DNA of 64,000 nt from Oikopleura dioica (lineage: Eukaryota; Animalia; Chordata), in contig OU015569.1 in the NCBI GenBank assembly GCA_907165135.1, forward strand, positions 2,356,001 to 2,420,000. The letters run 5' to 3'. A program made the position numbers and the translations under genes. Shown here in pieces: positions 12,825 through 27,159 of the stretch (position 1 is its first letter; each line of letters opens with the position of its first letter). The notes below the pieces were generated by a model. It was not told the origin of the DNA, did no database searches, and saw only the letters and a program-made list of their open reading frames with translations.

Positions 12825-15800
12825 TTAAGAAAAAAGAAGAGAGGGATTAAGTGGCGAGCACCTGCTGATTTTCAATTTCATTTAAAATGAATTAAGCGTA
12901 TCCAACTGTTGCTTAGAACTTCTAAACACCAAATTACGATGATAAACAAACAAAGCAAATACAATTGTATCTTCGCTTTTGTATTTTTCAACGTTATTTT
13001 ACCACCTTTGCAAGCTTGACAGTTTATGTCGTAGAAGTTCTTGTGTTCGAGTGTTTTCGAGTTGAGAGAATCGGAATTGTGAGAAAACCTGTGTAGAAAA
13101 TTAGGAGGTTTAGACGCGTGACTTGTTACCATGACGAGGCTTCATGTAGCTTGCGTGTTCGAAACACTAGAATCCGGGTTTCTACGTCCGCGCGGCGGAT
13201 CAACGCATCTCTCTTTTTTGAACGCGTGCTTTGATTTCTACCTTGCTAATTAAAGCGGTCACGAGCAGATTCCGCGAGTGGCGAGAGTCGTCAAAAAAAT
13301 CTTACGAAATCTAATGCGATCGAAAATCTGCGAAAAAAGCACCAGCGGATCCCGTTTTTTTTGCAAATCAAATTCGCTTTGGCAAAAATGATGCGCTTTC
13401 TAACCGCCCAAAACAGGCTGATCACGTGTCCGTGCGGGGAAAATAGCTACTTCTGCGAACTGCGCCAGCTCGATTATTAGGACTCGCACGTGAAAATTGA
13501 AGATTCACGGGCCCATAAGTGTCGGGGCATTAGTGTCGCTTTTCTTGATTCTTAGAAATCGCGACTCTTTTTTCTTCTTAGAGCATTGCAAAGGGAGAAA
13601 GAAGGCTGCGTTTCTTGTGTACATGGAATATTACGAACGGGCAGGGCTAAAAGAAAGATAAATGAATTGAACACAAACATTCGGGGAAGGGTGCCCGGAG
13701 CTTGCCAATCGTAATCGTAATCATAAATCTGCTGATAAGCGAGCCCTTCTTGGAAGATTATGCGTACCCGCAAATCAACGTCAATTCCAACTGTGACTTC
13801 TATTTTCCGTTCAACTTACAGTAATCAATCAAAGAAATCTGTCGTCGCAATTGTCCATCAATCAAATCTTTGACTGATAAATTAGAAAAAAGCGGAGATA
13901 ACTTAGTATCAGTCAACTTGACCAGCTCTTGTATAATCAGCTCACTGCATAATCATTTAGTCATTTATTGCTAATACTGGCATTGATAGTAAGTCGTTAC
14001 CTGTAACGTGGGCAAGACTAGAACCCTGAAGAATAAATGGCCATGATTCCTGACGAAATGAACGCGGATTTTGATAAAGAAAGGAGCGGAAAATTTGGAT
14101 CGTCTTTGGAGCAACAACGCTTGCCTCTCGAATTCACTAAAACATCAAACAATGAGGAGCACGGAACAGTGTGCGTTTTCTTTTTTCGGTGGATGATCTG
14201 GCGCAGATTCGCCAGTCCGCGGGGATTTATCTTGTTAACTCCCACGTTTTTGTCTTTTCGCAGTTGAAATTCCTCATTTTTCCAGCTGAAGCTTTCGTCC
14301 TTCAATAATAATCTATTTTTTCTTGTGCTATTTTTTGAAGCTTTTATCGGCTTATATTCTTCTCTCGAAGATTTCCATTATTGTGCGAGATTATTAAGTT
14401 CCGAAAAAGAGGGCAGAACTTGAGTAGTTCGGTAAGTGTTATGGGAGCTATCGGTGCTTGAAAGACTGTGAGCACGTGAGACGATAAGATTATCTGCGGC
14501 GGATCGCTCCTTCCAATAAAAGATTCTATCCGGATGCCGGCTTGGTTGAGCCACGTGCCCTGCAAAAACTAACCCGCTGATCATAATTACAGGCGCGCCT
14601 TCCGTATTTTCTAGCGGTTCCTGAATGCTTCTCTAAAATTTTTATCCTTCAAATTGCCTCCTTCGTTCTCTCTTCTCTGTTTATTACAGTAACAAGGCAC
14701 AGCGCTAGCTCTAGCTTATTTTAACAGAGGAGGAAAAATAAAATAAGCAGTAGCTGGGTTAATTATTGGAGCAATCGAACAGATAAGCGCGATAAGAGAA
14801 GCTCTCCCTGTCCAAATATTTGCCCAAATTGACAAGTGAAGGACGGAAAGCAGGTCCCGCGCTCTCCCGCTGCGTCTTATCAGTAGCATTCTGTAGAGTG
14901 TTCTAAGTAGAAGAGACGGCTGGAATCAACTTGGCAAAAGAAAATACTGGACGACAGTTGAGCTTCATCGCCAAAGTCTGTTCGCACTAGAAAAGGAATT
15001 CGTTTCTAATTCTAGATTTAGCGAAATAATCTGCAGCCAACGAAGAATTTAATCTTATTCACACAATTTTCTTCCAAGCTTTCTTCTAGCAATCTCGAAT
15101 TCCGAAGGAAAATTTGAAAAAAATTATCGTCGAAAAATTCAAATTCTTCCGGAGAGTCCTCGGCAATTCATTAATTAAAAGAAGCCTGAAAAATAGAGCC
15201 AGTACATTCTTGTGTCCGATAACCAAATGACCGGTCACCTGTGCTAACTCGAGATAAGCCAGCTCTTATAGCTACTCTCTTGGCGCGTGAAAACGTGAGT
15301 CCGTCACTGCTCGCCAGTAGATGCTACCGTCGAGTTTATCTGCCGATTTATTCTGACTATCGCCACTTGAAAGTCAATTTCAAGCACTTCAATACTGTAC
15401 TAAGATTCTAGCCTCGCAGCGTGGGTAATTAAGCACGTGCAGAAAAAAAGGTTCGTCGGAGGAAGTAAATATTTTACGTGGAAAGCGAAAAGACCAGCAT
15501 TCTTTAGAAAAATCTAAGAAGCGCCTGATTAACCTTACTCTATATAAAAAAGAGGAGCTCTAAAGAGGAAGATCACTGCGTTACCTCAAGCGGGCGGCGG
15601 AATCCGATAATCATCACTGGATTATCTGTAACCTCGCTTGTGGCTGCTTAGGCTGCCTCGCTGCGCTTCACAAAATTTATATTATTCAGGTAGCTCTTGC
15701 TTTTAATCCGCGACGAGAAGCAATACGGTAAGTAAACTTGTTGAAGCGGCGCTAATTACAGATACGTAAGCGACATTGGCTGCGATGACGTTGATTTTGA

Positions 15801-16369
15801 TGGAGGAGTCAAGAGCTCGTCATTAAGAGCCGAGGCGGCTCGATCTTGATTCGCACTTGGATCGTGCCGCTTTCTCAAATTGGAATTCTTTTCTCAGGCC
15901 TCGCTTTCAGGATTCTCGCTTTTTTGTTTAGGCGGAAAACGTGGCATTAAATATAGAAATATTTTCATCAACTTCAAGTTATCATAAATGAAAATAGTGT
16001 TACGCTGCCATTTCCGTATTATACAAATTATTACAGAGCTGCATAAGTGTATTTATCTTGCCATCAAACGTGGGCATAATTACCGTAGTGGTTGCTTTTT
16101 AATTTGTTTTTAATCTATTTATTTTTCTTTTCAAAATTCTAAATTATTCGCGCTTGAAGATAGAAGGGTCCAAAAAATGCCCGTGAAGTCGGTTCTCGCA
16201 AAAGGTCGGGTTTTCGTGGCACAATTGAATGATAAAAGGGTTGAAGCTGATTTTTATGTGGTCTGGTCGTTGGAGAGCTTCCTCTTCGTCATCTTTGTGG
16301 TGCTCCTTATTTGACTTCCAGTAAGCTGGATTGTGCTCTTCTTCTTAGGGCTTTCCTTAAGGTACCCTG

Positions 16370-16675
16370 CTGGGCTCGGCAACCTGAGTAGAAAACCTGA
16401 GCGTCAAAATTTTAGCGTCATCCAACTTTGTCGAAGAATCACCCAACTTAAGGCCCCTTTTAAAATTTCTTGTCATCCAAAAAGGGGCCTTAAGTTAGGG
16501 TTTCACTGTATTTAAATTCTGGCGAAGCCGCTTTGCGGCTTCGTTTCTTAAAAAGCCGTTTTGCGGCTTTTCATCTTTGCTCTTTCAGACCCTGACTCAG
16601 GTACCCTGCGCTCGGCAACCTTCGTGGAAAACCTGAGTCAGGGTCTAAAAGATGTAACACAGGTTGCCGAGTCCA
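16370..16675. mobile_element. MITE family A composite (rearranged copy plus short second copy)
   Basis: Left arm at 16370, foreign insert containing a TTAAGGCCCCTTTT...AAAAGGGGCCTTAA hairpin, right arm to about 16600, duplicated GTACCCTGC, then a second short copy ending GGTTGCCGAGTCCAG. Confidence 0.8.
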
Positions 16676-19623
16676 GGTTTCAGCTGTCGAGTAAACACCC
16701 TTGCTAAAATTCTTGATATGAGAAAGCCCTTGCGTAAAAGTAGAAGTGGTCTTGTTCGAGGAAGATTTCTCTTGAAAAAAACTCTTCCATCTGCAAAAAT
16801 TGACGTTGCGCTGAAAACTCCAAAAGCGAGCAATATTTTTACCATTTTAAAAATTGCCCGACTAAATTTTACTCGATTCTGGCGACGCATAAATTAGATC
16901 AGTTCAATATATTTTTTTCGTTTTCGCGTCACTTGAATAATTGAGGTGGCCTAACACTGGTAATGATTTATTTAAAAGCGAGCTTTCTACGGGTTTACTA
17001 TTTGGGAAACGTCATTTTCGATGCTTTCAATATTGGGACGCGATTTCAAGACGGAATTTAACCAAGTTCATTGCTGAAAAAACAGATTTATCGACGTTTT
17101 TTCAAAAAAAAATCATGAATTCCGGGCAGGTTTTCGAATCGGAAAATATGCCAGTAACTGTCACTGTATGTCGGAGCAGACATTTTATTTGGTTTCTGCC
17201 AGTTATTGTTATTTTTCTTTGCTATTTTTTTAATATTAATTGACAGCTCATTCGATCAAAAATGATTGTATACCTCTTTTTTTGGCGCTAGAAATTGCAG
17301 AAGAACAGATTACGTGTAAACTTTAAGTCCCTCGATCTTGAAATTGGTCGCTAGCCTCCAACTCCGAAGTTGGACGTGTTTCCAGATAATCGCAAATTAT
17401 ACCTTTCAAAAAATAACCTGTGCGGGTGCAAATGAAAATCTCGTTTTAAATCATCGCCATAGCTTCTTAATCCAATTCACAGTTCAAGCAAAATGGCCAC
17501 CTTTTTCCACAAAATCAAATGATCCAAAAATTCGAGTTACAAGAGTGTATTTTTGATGGTAGAAATTTGAAAAATTATTTGGCTGAAAATATAGTTCAAA
17601 GCAAAAGAAAATCTCATCTTTCTTTGTACAGTCATTTTATGCAAGCTTTTTATATATTTTTAAAGTAACACGAGGCTTCGCAATTCTTGAGGAAGAGGAG
17701 ACCACGTAGTTTACGAGAAAGGGACTTGAATAAATTGCATGACGCGGCCAAAGTGTGATAATACGCAAAGTTATAATGAGCACTGGTCGAGCTGGCCGAG
17801 CAAATAATTTCTTATTTGTATATTTCGACTTGTCACATCCTGTTCTTGCAAAAGACGTTCTAGTAGAACTACTAACTGTAGCATTTCCTACTCCTTTTTT
17901 CCATCAGCTTGCATTATTATCTATTCAGAATAGAATATTCTGTAGCTGCCGATTTTTGTCTACTTGCCGACTTTATTTAGTCTGATTGACACTAGCTATC
18001 TATCATCAGGTATTTCATTAAATTAAATATTCGGATTAAAAAAGGCTGTCTGCTAGACATTAGAATGAGCAGAGAGTCTCTGCCAGAGACACAGAAAACT
18101 TTGAACGCAAAACATTTAGTCAGAAGTAAGAAAAGTTCAACCATAATATTTTTTTAAACTGACTCAGCCCTTGAATATTCAGGCGCCGTTTAATAAAGCT
18201 GGCAATAATAGAAACGGGGCGAAAAATTTCTGCGACATTCCGTCGATCACTTCGAACGTGTCCTTCTGTGTGCCGTCACGATTTTCGTGAAGCTGGGATT
18301 TTCTAAAGCATACCAAGAAGTTTCCTCATCTTTTCGCGTCTTAAAACATTTAAGAATGCGGCAGATCAGGCAGCTTTTCTTTTGAACGAAAAATGCAAAA
18401 GAAGCTATACATTCCTGAGAAAAAAAAGTACAGGACAAGAATCGGACAAGCTCTTGAATCGTTTTCGCGGAAATAAAAACATAAATTCAGCCCGATAAAG
18501 AGAGCACCTGCGGATTGAGTCGTTCTAAATCGGAAGTATTTCCTACCCATGTTAAATCAAGTGCCGCTTTACAGAGTTATCAAGCGCGAGCGAAAATCGT
18601 AATATTGATGAACTCTCTGGGATTTAAGAGCCATTCTAAATCTGATAAGACGAGTTTGAGCAGCATCGTCACTATCGATTTTTTTTATTTTGGAATCTGG
18701 ACGAAGAAAAACGATCAAAGAAGCGGATCCGAGTGTGAAAGAAGCGCTCACCGAGTGGCCCCGCGCGAGGTTTACTCAAGTTGTTATTCCTAGCGTTTGA
18801 GGAGGAGATTGGGCGAATTTAATGTTTTCCTTCCTCTTCAAGTTGGACGGGCCTGCCGCCTTTGTATCTACGTTTTTCTCGAAAGCGTGCCAATTCCGCA
18901 AACTTTCAAACACGCTCTTATCGAAATCTTCTAACCGTTAGCAGAATCGACTACGCCCGCCTCTCGGCTTGCGGTCCACTCGCTGACAAACGAAAATCAC
19001 CAAACATAAATACATTACGAAAAGACACATCGTACTACTCTAACACTGTCAAAAATGAGGGATTCACTGTTTAATTTAATAACAGTCTGACAGAAAAGTG
19101 CGCCGTTGAAAAAACTTTGAAATTTATAATAAATTTTCTAGTTTGGATATATTTTATAATTTTCGAAAAATATATAAACTTTCTCTCTTTTTTTTTGCGC
19201 GGCGATGGAAAATCTGTTATTGAAAGTTTGTCGAATTTCACTTGTGGTCACTCAGAGTCACGTTTTGATTAGATTCAAGAGCGGCCCTTGCCTGATTCCT
19301 ACCTACAAGCCTGGTAATATCAACTGCCTTTCCGGCTTTTCTTTTTCAGCGAGAATTCCCTTGGATTATCCCAATTTAAACCCCTACGAGATCTTAGGTC
19401 GTTTCTATCATTTATTTTTCCAACTAACTAAGCTGTGGTTAATGTTAACAGAGTTGTAATAGAAAAGTGGTTAGAGATTGTAGTTGCTTTGTAATTATTG
19501 TCATGGGTCACGGACCAAGGCCAACAACACTGTGGAATATTTCACCGAAAATACAAGCTTCTTTTGGACAGAAAAAACTCGTCGTAATTGACGCGGTAGT
19601 AGGGGGTTATCATTCGAGCTGCC

Positions 19624-19689
19624 CCTAACCCTAAACCTAACCCAGGGGGCTTCGCCCCCCTTGAGAGTTCCTAGTCCCTAACCCTAACC
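19624..19689. repeat. Interstitial telomere-like (CCCTAA)n blocks flanking a GGGGGCTTCGCCCCC hairpin
   Basis: CCTAACCCTAAACCTAACCC-AGGGGGCTTCGCCCCCC...CCCTAACCCTAACC read directly. Confidence 0.75.
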
Positions 19690-20472
19690 ACGAGCCCAGA
19701 TTCTAGAGATATTGGATTGCTCGAATCATAGGCTCGAATGATACGATCGAGGCATTTATCTTACGAAACCAAAATTAACGGAATCGCTGCAATTTTGCTT
19801 CTTTTTCTAAAGAGAAAAAATATTGATAAGGGTGTCAAGATGTTAAAACTACGAGAAAAAAAAGGGGAGAAGAGGTTCAATCCCCTAATTTTTTTTAGAT
19901 CGATTGGGTCTAAAAGGATGTGTTCTGCATTTTGAAATTCAGAATTGTGAGGATTACGATTTCTCCGGAGCTGCTGAAGAAGTCCAATATGCTCCATCCG
20001 GGTTATGCATCAGAGCGATCCTTCTCTCGAAGGCGGCGAGTCGCGTTGCAGATAAGCCCGGCTCCGTCACAACTAAGTAGCGTCGGCTTTCCTCCAGGTT
20101 ACCCCGCTCAACCAACGTGCCTCAGCTGAAATTTAATGGCTATAAAAGTGTTCTCACGAATGTGCTTGTTAGCAACAGGTTTCGTAAATGGGCTCTATTT
20201 GATTGCGGTTGCTCTCCACTCAGAATCTGGCAGTTACGAGCGCCCTAGCCTCAATCACCCACCCGCGGTCTTAAATTTTCACTTAAAACATTTTATGTTC
20301 CATTTTCGGCAAATTGAATCAAATACACTAATTTTTATACTACTGTCCCTTTCAGAAGATTTTGCTATTAGCAAGATAAATTCAATTAATTACTTTAATC
20401 AATAAAATTTATTTCCTTCTTTGAAGCGGCTTCCCTAGAATATAAAAAATAGATTGAAATGATAATTCGGCT

Positions 20473-20572
20473 AAGCCGCTTTGCGGCTTTGTTTAAAAAG
20501 TCGCTCCATTTAGTTTCCATTTAGCTCTTTAAGACCCTGACTCAGGTTTTCTACACAGGTTGCCGAGTCCAG
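20473..20572. mobile_element. MITE family A, right arm only
   Basis: AAGCCGCTTTGCGGCTT ... CCCTGACTCAGGTTTTCTACACAGGTTGCCGAGTCCAG. Confidence 0.85.
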
Positions 20573-21021
20573 CTTACCCGTGAATTAACAAGATTTTGAT
20601 CAATTAATTAGACGTAATCAACTGAACAGTTAGTTGACGACCTTGAGGTTGTCTGACGAGTTCCTATTATTTGTAGAATTGCGTAGTTTTGAAGATTTGT
20701 TTGGAGTTTGATGATCTGCGTGGAAATTTGCAAAACCATTAGAAATCTCGGGCTCCTGGCAACAGTTGCCAAATTTAAAACAGTCAAAAAACTTTCGCAA
20801 ATAGAGAGAAAAATCACAATTTGGAATCAGAAAAAAAAACAGAATATAAGAAAACAAAAGGCTTGAAAATCTTCATTTATTTCTTGCGAAAATGGGAAAC
20901 TGTTGCAGCACGGAAAATAATGTTATTCAGCCAGACAATCATTCTTTAGGTTTGGGTCGATTACTTTTTTTGTCATAATTGGACAACAAGATGGAAAAAT
21001 TACCAAAAAAAAAGGAAAAAT

Positions 21022-21128
21022 CTGGGCTTGGCAACCTGTGTAGAAAACCTGAGTCAGGAATGGTAGTTTCGCGAAGGTTTGCTTGAAAATCAGACCCTGA
21101 CTCAGGTTTTCTACACAGGTTCGAGAGC
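21022..21128. mobile_element. MITE family A, short copy
   Basis: CTGGGCTTGGCAACCTGTGTAGAAAACCTGAGTCAGG ... CCCTGACTCAGGTTTTCTACACAGGTT. Confidence 0.85.
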
Positions 21129-23416
21129 TCGTGGTAGAATAATGAATCGATAGATTTTTAAAATTTATGCAATCAAAATTAAAAATTTTGGCAAAATTCA
21201 AATTTTAAGCATTATCTTATTAAAGTTATTAAATTTGATATATGCTTTATTCTTGAATTGAGCAAAAGTTATGTACTACTAATTTCAATAAAATATCTGC
21301 GAAACTGGAGAACTAAAAATTCGCAAAAAGGTTGAACGTGTATAAACGAAGCATATATAATTTTCGCGTGAATCTACGGTAAGCCACGTTATGAAATGAA
21401 GAAGAGCATTGTATAAGAATAAGAGCAAGTAGGCCCGTGCAATTTGCGAGTGCGGCCAACTTGCCGAAAAGCGGCCGAAAGCCAAAAGAATGGAAACACG
21501 TGCTTTGCGACATTCCTTCGCGAAATGTGAATTCCGAATCTCGCAAAATCTGACATCGCCAAAATTTCCGAGCACTTCCTAGCCCGTGCTTTTACAAGCT
21601 CTTACTCTTCCATCCTTTTCCTCTTTTCGACCCGAAAAAACAGCGTCGTCGACGAGCTACTACGACGAACAAGAAGCCCCGATTAAGATTTTCGCCGATG
21701 AAAGTCAACGACGACCCTCAAATGCTTCTCAAATCACGCACTTTTCCGACGACATTCTTAAAAAGTAAGGTTCCTGAGAAAAAATCCCTTTCCCTGAGCT
21801 CGGACAAGGCGTCACTAAGGGAGCTCTTTACTAATATTGACAGAAGCACAAGCCACATCACATGCAGTGTGTGAGATAAAAACGAAATGCTTAGACAAAG
21901 GTTAATCCTAATTGCTTTATGAAAAGCATCTGGCGCTTCGGAGGTATTTTTTGTGATGTCTGACGATCTTTGATCTATTTCGACCCTAATTGGTATTTTC
22001 GTTCAAATAGAATTCCTGGCGCCTGGGTCAAATATGGGTAATCAACTAGAAGTAGTGTAACTCCTCCGAGAAGGTCTAATGCTGATAATTACCCTCGGCG
22101 GATTTGAATTTTTTCATTTGCGAACGGCGCTGCTGCTCGAGTGCGCACTACTAACAAGCAAAAATATTTTCTTTTTGATAACGCCCGCACCGATTTAAAA
22201 GCATTAGAGAGTCGACGCCCAAAACGTCTGTTTAGACCCGCCGTCAAGCTTCCTGAAACGGTCGACATTGTCGAGGAAGACGGAGATTCGGCAGATGGCG
22301 ATTCGGCTTTTGAGGAGGAGCCTTCTGAGCTGCGAGATGCTCAGCCTTCGGTGGGGCCTATGCCTGCAGGATCGGTTTGCAAAGGGTCGATGTCCTGCTT
22401 AGCTTAGTAACTGATTTAGGGTCGATAAGGGGGCCCTTCAAGATCACCCGCATAGAAAACGCTATAGGGGCGCCCTCTTTTGATTGAGCTCTGAGATAAA
22501 ATCTGGCGCATAAAACCATTGAATCATAATTTCAAAATGAAGCTCAATGCTTAAAAATATCTGTATTCATATCGACATTTATTTTATCATAAAATGAAAA
22601 CGAAAGCTGTTTCTTCAATATCCTGAACTTTATGCCAGACCCTTTTCAATAAAAATGATTCTAAAGTGCTCTTTACATTGTAAATCGTTTAAAAAAGACA
22701 GAAGACATTCCACAGCTACACAGGAAGCAATTTTCATTTATCAGTCAGCTTCGAGAGCGGCGGACAGAATACACCAGGAGAATTTCAGGATGAAATCGCT
22801 CGAAAGTAAGTTTCCCTCTTCAGATAACAATGGTTTAGACATGTCATTAAAAAATAGACGCAGTGTTCTTCGTCAAATATGTACCCAAGTGAAACAGCTT
22901 TGCTGCTTGCAAATGAGCCAGTAAAGTTCGCTTTCGAAATGTTAATGGACTGCTCCATAACACGATCAGAAAGTCGCAGACAAAAAGAGTTTTTAAGCAG
23001 TTTAAAAAGGAGGATTTATTTTGTTTAGACGTACCGCGAAAGCCGAAAAGTCGAAAGTCCTGGATCGCGCTGCCCACGTCGCACAAGATCCCATCTGCCG
23101 AGGTTCTAGAGGAATCTTCCAAACACCAGGTGAGTCCTTTTAGAGGCATAATTCTACCCTAGAAAACATGTTAGAACAGATAAAGTGTCCTTTTTTTCGT
23201 GATTGTGATTGATAACGCTCACTAACAGAGACTCTGAGTCACGCTCATATTACGTTGACTGCTTATTTTGTTTGTTGGCGCTTTTTGACCCCACAACCAA
23301 GGATCATCATTTTACCACAATTGCTAACCAGCCTGGTTAACTCGGGTAAATAAATGTTACTCGAAGTTAAGAAAAGTACTGTAAATGAAGTGAGAATAAA
23401 TACGTCCTCTTTTCTA

Positions 23417-23829
23417 GGATCTGCATCATAAAGATCTCCACATCGTAGAAAATATCATCGAAGAAGAAGATTACTACCGAAAGACAATGAACCGAGGGCG
23501 GCCGAGCATAAGCATCCAGCCACAACCGGAGTCGGCCTTTCTCGCCGAGCTGCGAAGAAAACAGAACGAGCCGCAAGTCCGCATCGCCGAGGAGAACAGC
23601 CGCGAGAGCAGTAGGAGCGGGGCCAGCTATAATAGCAAAGGCAGCTTTATTCCGGTAAGTACCGCTAAGCACCCTCCCCAATTCGCGCGAATCACGTTGC
23701 CATCTCTCGAGAACCGATCTTTTTGTCAAGTACTATTTTATAATTAGGAGAAAGAAGAGACTAAAGTTAAATTCGAAGAAGACAGTAAACCCAGTACAGA
23801 AAGTACTGATGATACTATTGAAAAGGTCC
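23417..23829 (+). CDS. Exons of an unidentified charged/low-complexity protein
   Basis: Open exon DLHHKDLHIVENIIEEEDYYRKTMNRGRPSISIQPQPESAFLAELRRKQNEPQVRIAEENSRESSRSGASYNSKGSFIP ending in a GTAAGT donor, followed by exon EKEETKVKFEEDSKPSTESTDDTIEKVP|GTAAGT. Gene ends not resolved. Confidence 0.5.
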
Positions 23830-24504
23830 CAGTAAGTTTTACAAACAATTTCGCCCATCGAATTTGTTTGAAATCGACGCATGAACTAATCGCCAATTTC
23901 AGCCAATTTCGCGAAAATTTAGAAAAAAATTTCTAAATTTTTGAATTCAAATTTTGGAACTTCCATTTGAATATTATCTTCTCTAGAATATCGAATCAGA
24001 TTTTTGACAAGCCGAAAAATTCTTTCACAAAGTTGAATTCAAATCTCAAAATTTATTTTAGGTTAGTCCTCTTCACGAAGTCGACTGAGGAAGAAAAAAA
24101 ACGACCCTATCGAGAAAACTCTGACTGTATAAATTGGTGCTTTAGTGTGACTGTAAATAAATACGCGAAGATGTAGTTGTGAACTGTTGGAAGCGACTCG
24201 GCTAAAGCGAAGAAGCGAATTTCGCGTGTGTTCTTCAATTTGTAAAATTCGTGAGCGCGTGTAACCTGCGCGTACTCGTCTACCCTGATTATTTATGATA
24301 GTCGTCATTTGCTTGTAAGAAACAAGCGTTTTGGGCTCAATTAGTCTTATCAGCGGCAGTTTGGCGGATTTTGAATTCGCGTTCGTGCTGCTAATCGCGT
24401 GTTAGAACGTCTCGCACAGAGCTACCTATCGTTCAACTAAATCTAAGCCATAACATCGAAACTGGGGTCTCCCCTGCCAGAAGAGACAACCTAAAGATGC
24501 CCAT

Positions 24505-24558
24505 CTTCCGACCTGTGTAGAAAGCCTGAGTCAGGATTTCTACACAGGTCGAGTCCAG
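24505..24558. mobile_element. MITE family A, minimal collapsed copy (about 54 bp)
   Basis: CGACCTGTGTAGAAAGCCTGAGTCAGGATTTCTACACAGGTCGAGTCCAG, flanked by ATGCCCAT/ATGCCCAG (7/8 direct repeat). Confidence 0.75.
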
Positions 24559-24591
24559 ATGCCCAGATTTGCAAATTTTCGAAAATTTTTT

Positions 24592-24695
24592 CTGAGCTGA
24601 GCTAGCTGAGCTGAGCTGGCTGTTTTCGAAAAACTATTGAGCTGAGCTGAGCTGAGCTGACCCAAACCTGAAAATTGCTGAGCTGAGCTGAGCTG
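24592..24695. repeat. (GCTGA)n pentanucleotide microsatellite, three blocks
   Basis: CTGAGCTGAGCT...; TTGAGCTGAGCTGAGCTGAGCTGA; CTGAGCTGAGCTGAGCTG. Confidence 0.9.
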
Positions 24696-25216
24696 TAGCG
24701 GATTTTGAATTCGAGCGTCATCACTTTCTGCAAAAATGATAAATACGTAATTATTCTTGTGCGAGAATGTATGAATTATTCGGGAGGCATAGTTTTTAAT
24801 TTTGAAGAGGGAGCTATTTATTACTGCTACACAGATATTTGACATGCTTCAATTATGAAATTAACACACGTTGCTGTGTTCGTATCTCGCCTTGTTTGAC
24901 TGGCCAAGGTTGAAACTTGAAAGGTGCTGATTGTAATTATCAATTGCAATTTCATTGTTTCATCGCTTGTCGCAATTCAACGGCCATGTCAAATTCGCAA
25001 TACCAAGTGCGGTTTCTATGTAAGTCTAATTATGACGCTATTGTTTAACACTAGAACATCACCATCATCTCGTAACATCAACAACCCCCTGAAAAGACGC
25101 AATCCCTGATTCGCACTAAATTGACCCCAGAACAACGATTAAAAATCATAAGAAAATCTCGACGTTGGTTTTCATTTTTGAATCTGATTACGGTTTGTTG
25201 GAATGGCTCGGTCTGA

Positions 25217-26042
25217 ATGACATTATCTGATGAAGGAAATTTTCATTCTCTGCTCGACGCACTTGAAATCAGTTTCTTCAACTCAAATCTGAATAAACTT
25301 AAGTTTTTCATGTCAGAATCGGACTCTCAAAATACTTTTCAAGAGAGGTATGAAGCTTGGGCAAACCAGATTCCTTGTATTCGGACAAGTGTACGTGGTG
25401 ATTGGAGGGACTACGTCTGGGAATGGAATGAATCGTTGCCATGTGAGTCCTGTGAAGTGTAGGTCAACAATATTAATTCATTAAAAGTGAATTTTCGAAG
25501 TTTAACTGACATTATGTGGAAATTTGGAGAAAAATCCTGGTGTTCAGCATGTTATCTTAATTCGGACCCACATATTCGGAGAACTGGAAAGCCATACAGA
25601 GTTGATGCTATTCTCTTTTGCCAATGGTGTCAGAACAAGTTGTCTTTTTGGGAGGCGTGTGAAGGCATATGTTGCAACATAGGACTTGAACGGCAACAAT
25701 CATTGCAAACCACGTTTTTTATATTCGAAGAACCAAGTCTTCGCGACCGACACATTCCATTGGAACTAAAACAACTCGATGAAATCAAAAAAGAACAAAA
25801 ATTCCTTCAATACGACAATGAGCTTGCTAAGCTCAACTACGGGTTTTCACAAGAACTACTTGCGAAGCTCAAATACGAGTCCACACAAGAAAGACTTGCT
25901 CTTCACGACGAAAAGGAAAAAATGGCTCGTGAACGTTTAGGTCGAATCCTTATCAAGGCTGGAAAATCATTGATCGCCAACGGTAAGAGCAACTTCATTG
26001 TTTGTTTTTTATGAGTTTTCAGAGGACACAAAAAAGGGGTGA
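25217..26042 (+). CDS. Cys-rich (degenerate RING/TRAF-like) plus coiled-coil protein
   Basis: ATG at 25217. A 42-nt GT-AG intron (25459-25500) joins ...LPCESCEV|LTDIMWKFGEKSWCSAC...FCQWCQ...EGICC followed by a coiled coil. Second GTAAG intron after 25981. C-terminus uncertain. Confidence 0.7.
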
Positions 26043-27159
26043 AGATAAGCTTACAAGATGAAGAGATGTTTCCATTAATCACCCAAAATCAAATTCCCTC
26101 TTCTCATTATTATGTTAGGAATACAAGATTAATTTTATAAAGAAGTTCTATGAGTTACGCAGGAAAATTAAGCGACTGTTATTATTTTTCAGAAAATATT
26201 CTCAAGCCAACACTAAGACAACCCTAGAAAAAAAGGTTTAGAACAGCGAAGTTCGAATAAAGGCTTAGTTGTTATTAAAAATATTAAGTATTTTTTCGTT
26301 CGTAAGAAAGCAATTTGAAATCAAATATTTGAAATAAAAAAGAAGCTAGAATTCGATCACGTGAGGAAGAGCAAAATCAAATTGGGTCGAATTCCATTCC
26401 CAGGGATTGTGCTCCACGCACATCTGCTTACAGGCGAAAGAATTCTCCGCAATTTGGCGGCAACGTGGGTTTCTTTTTTCTATGCACAAGTAAAACAGGG
26501 CTAAAATGAGCTGTTTGAATGAAATCGCACAAAAACTAGCTCGGCGTTGTCGATTTTGCATATATTTTTGAGCGCCAAATGATAAGTAGAATTTCTATGA
26601 AGACTTCTTCCAAAGACTTCAGCGCTTTGTTTCGACAATCGTGGGAGAAAAAAAATGCATTTCTAATTGCGTAATTTAAGTACAACGTGGGTGAGCCCAA
26701 TACAGATGTTTTCGAGCGAGGACATGTGATATTGTAATTGATCTTTGATGACGAATGCCTCTCGTCAGGATGCAGAATTTAATGGCTTTATAATTTCCTT
26801 CTTTCCAATTTCCAGCGCTTCCCAGTTTTGCCCGCTCTCCAATTCTTCCGTAAAAGAAGGATTCAGTTCTGCGCTCAACTTCGAACTCATAAAACTCGCA
26901 CTTTGCTTTCCGGAAAAGGGGAAAGAAGAGTGATAACCGCGAACACGCCTCGCACCCCTTTTTACACGCAGTGATCGTCTTCCATTCGATCTCATTAGCG
27001 CGGCTGACGATTCCCCCGCAGAGGACAAATTTTATTCTCCATTTGTTACATCCGCTCAAACAATTAAATAAGCGACCTTTCTCATTTTTCCAGCAAGGTT
27101 TTCTTTCAAAAATGCCAAATAAAATAAGGGCTGCTCATTTTAACGGGAAACTACTTTTG

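Noticed and set aside
14690-15650. Apparent cluster of GATA motifs in non-coding DNA
   Set aside because: Only about five strict WGATAR sites in about 900 bp, not clearly above expectation for this base composition.
10380-22410. Several exon-like ORFs (10412-10888, 11335-11740, 13100-14600, 17750-18800, 21586-21768, 22141-22407)
   Set aside because: Probably parts of lineage-specific genes, but I could not build consistent models or recognise domains, so they are not called as features.
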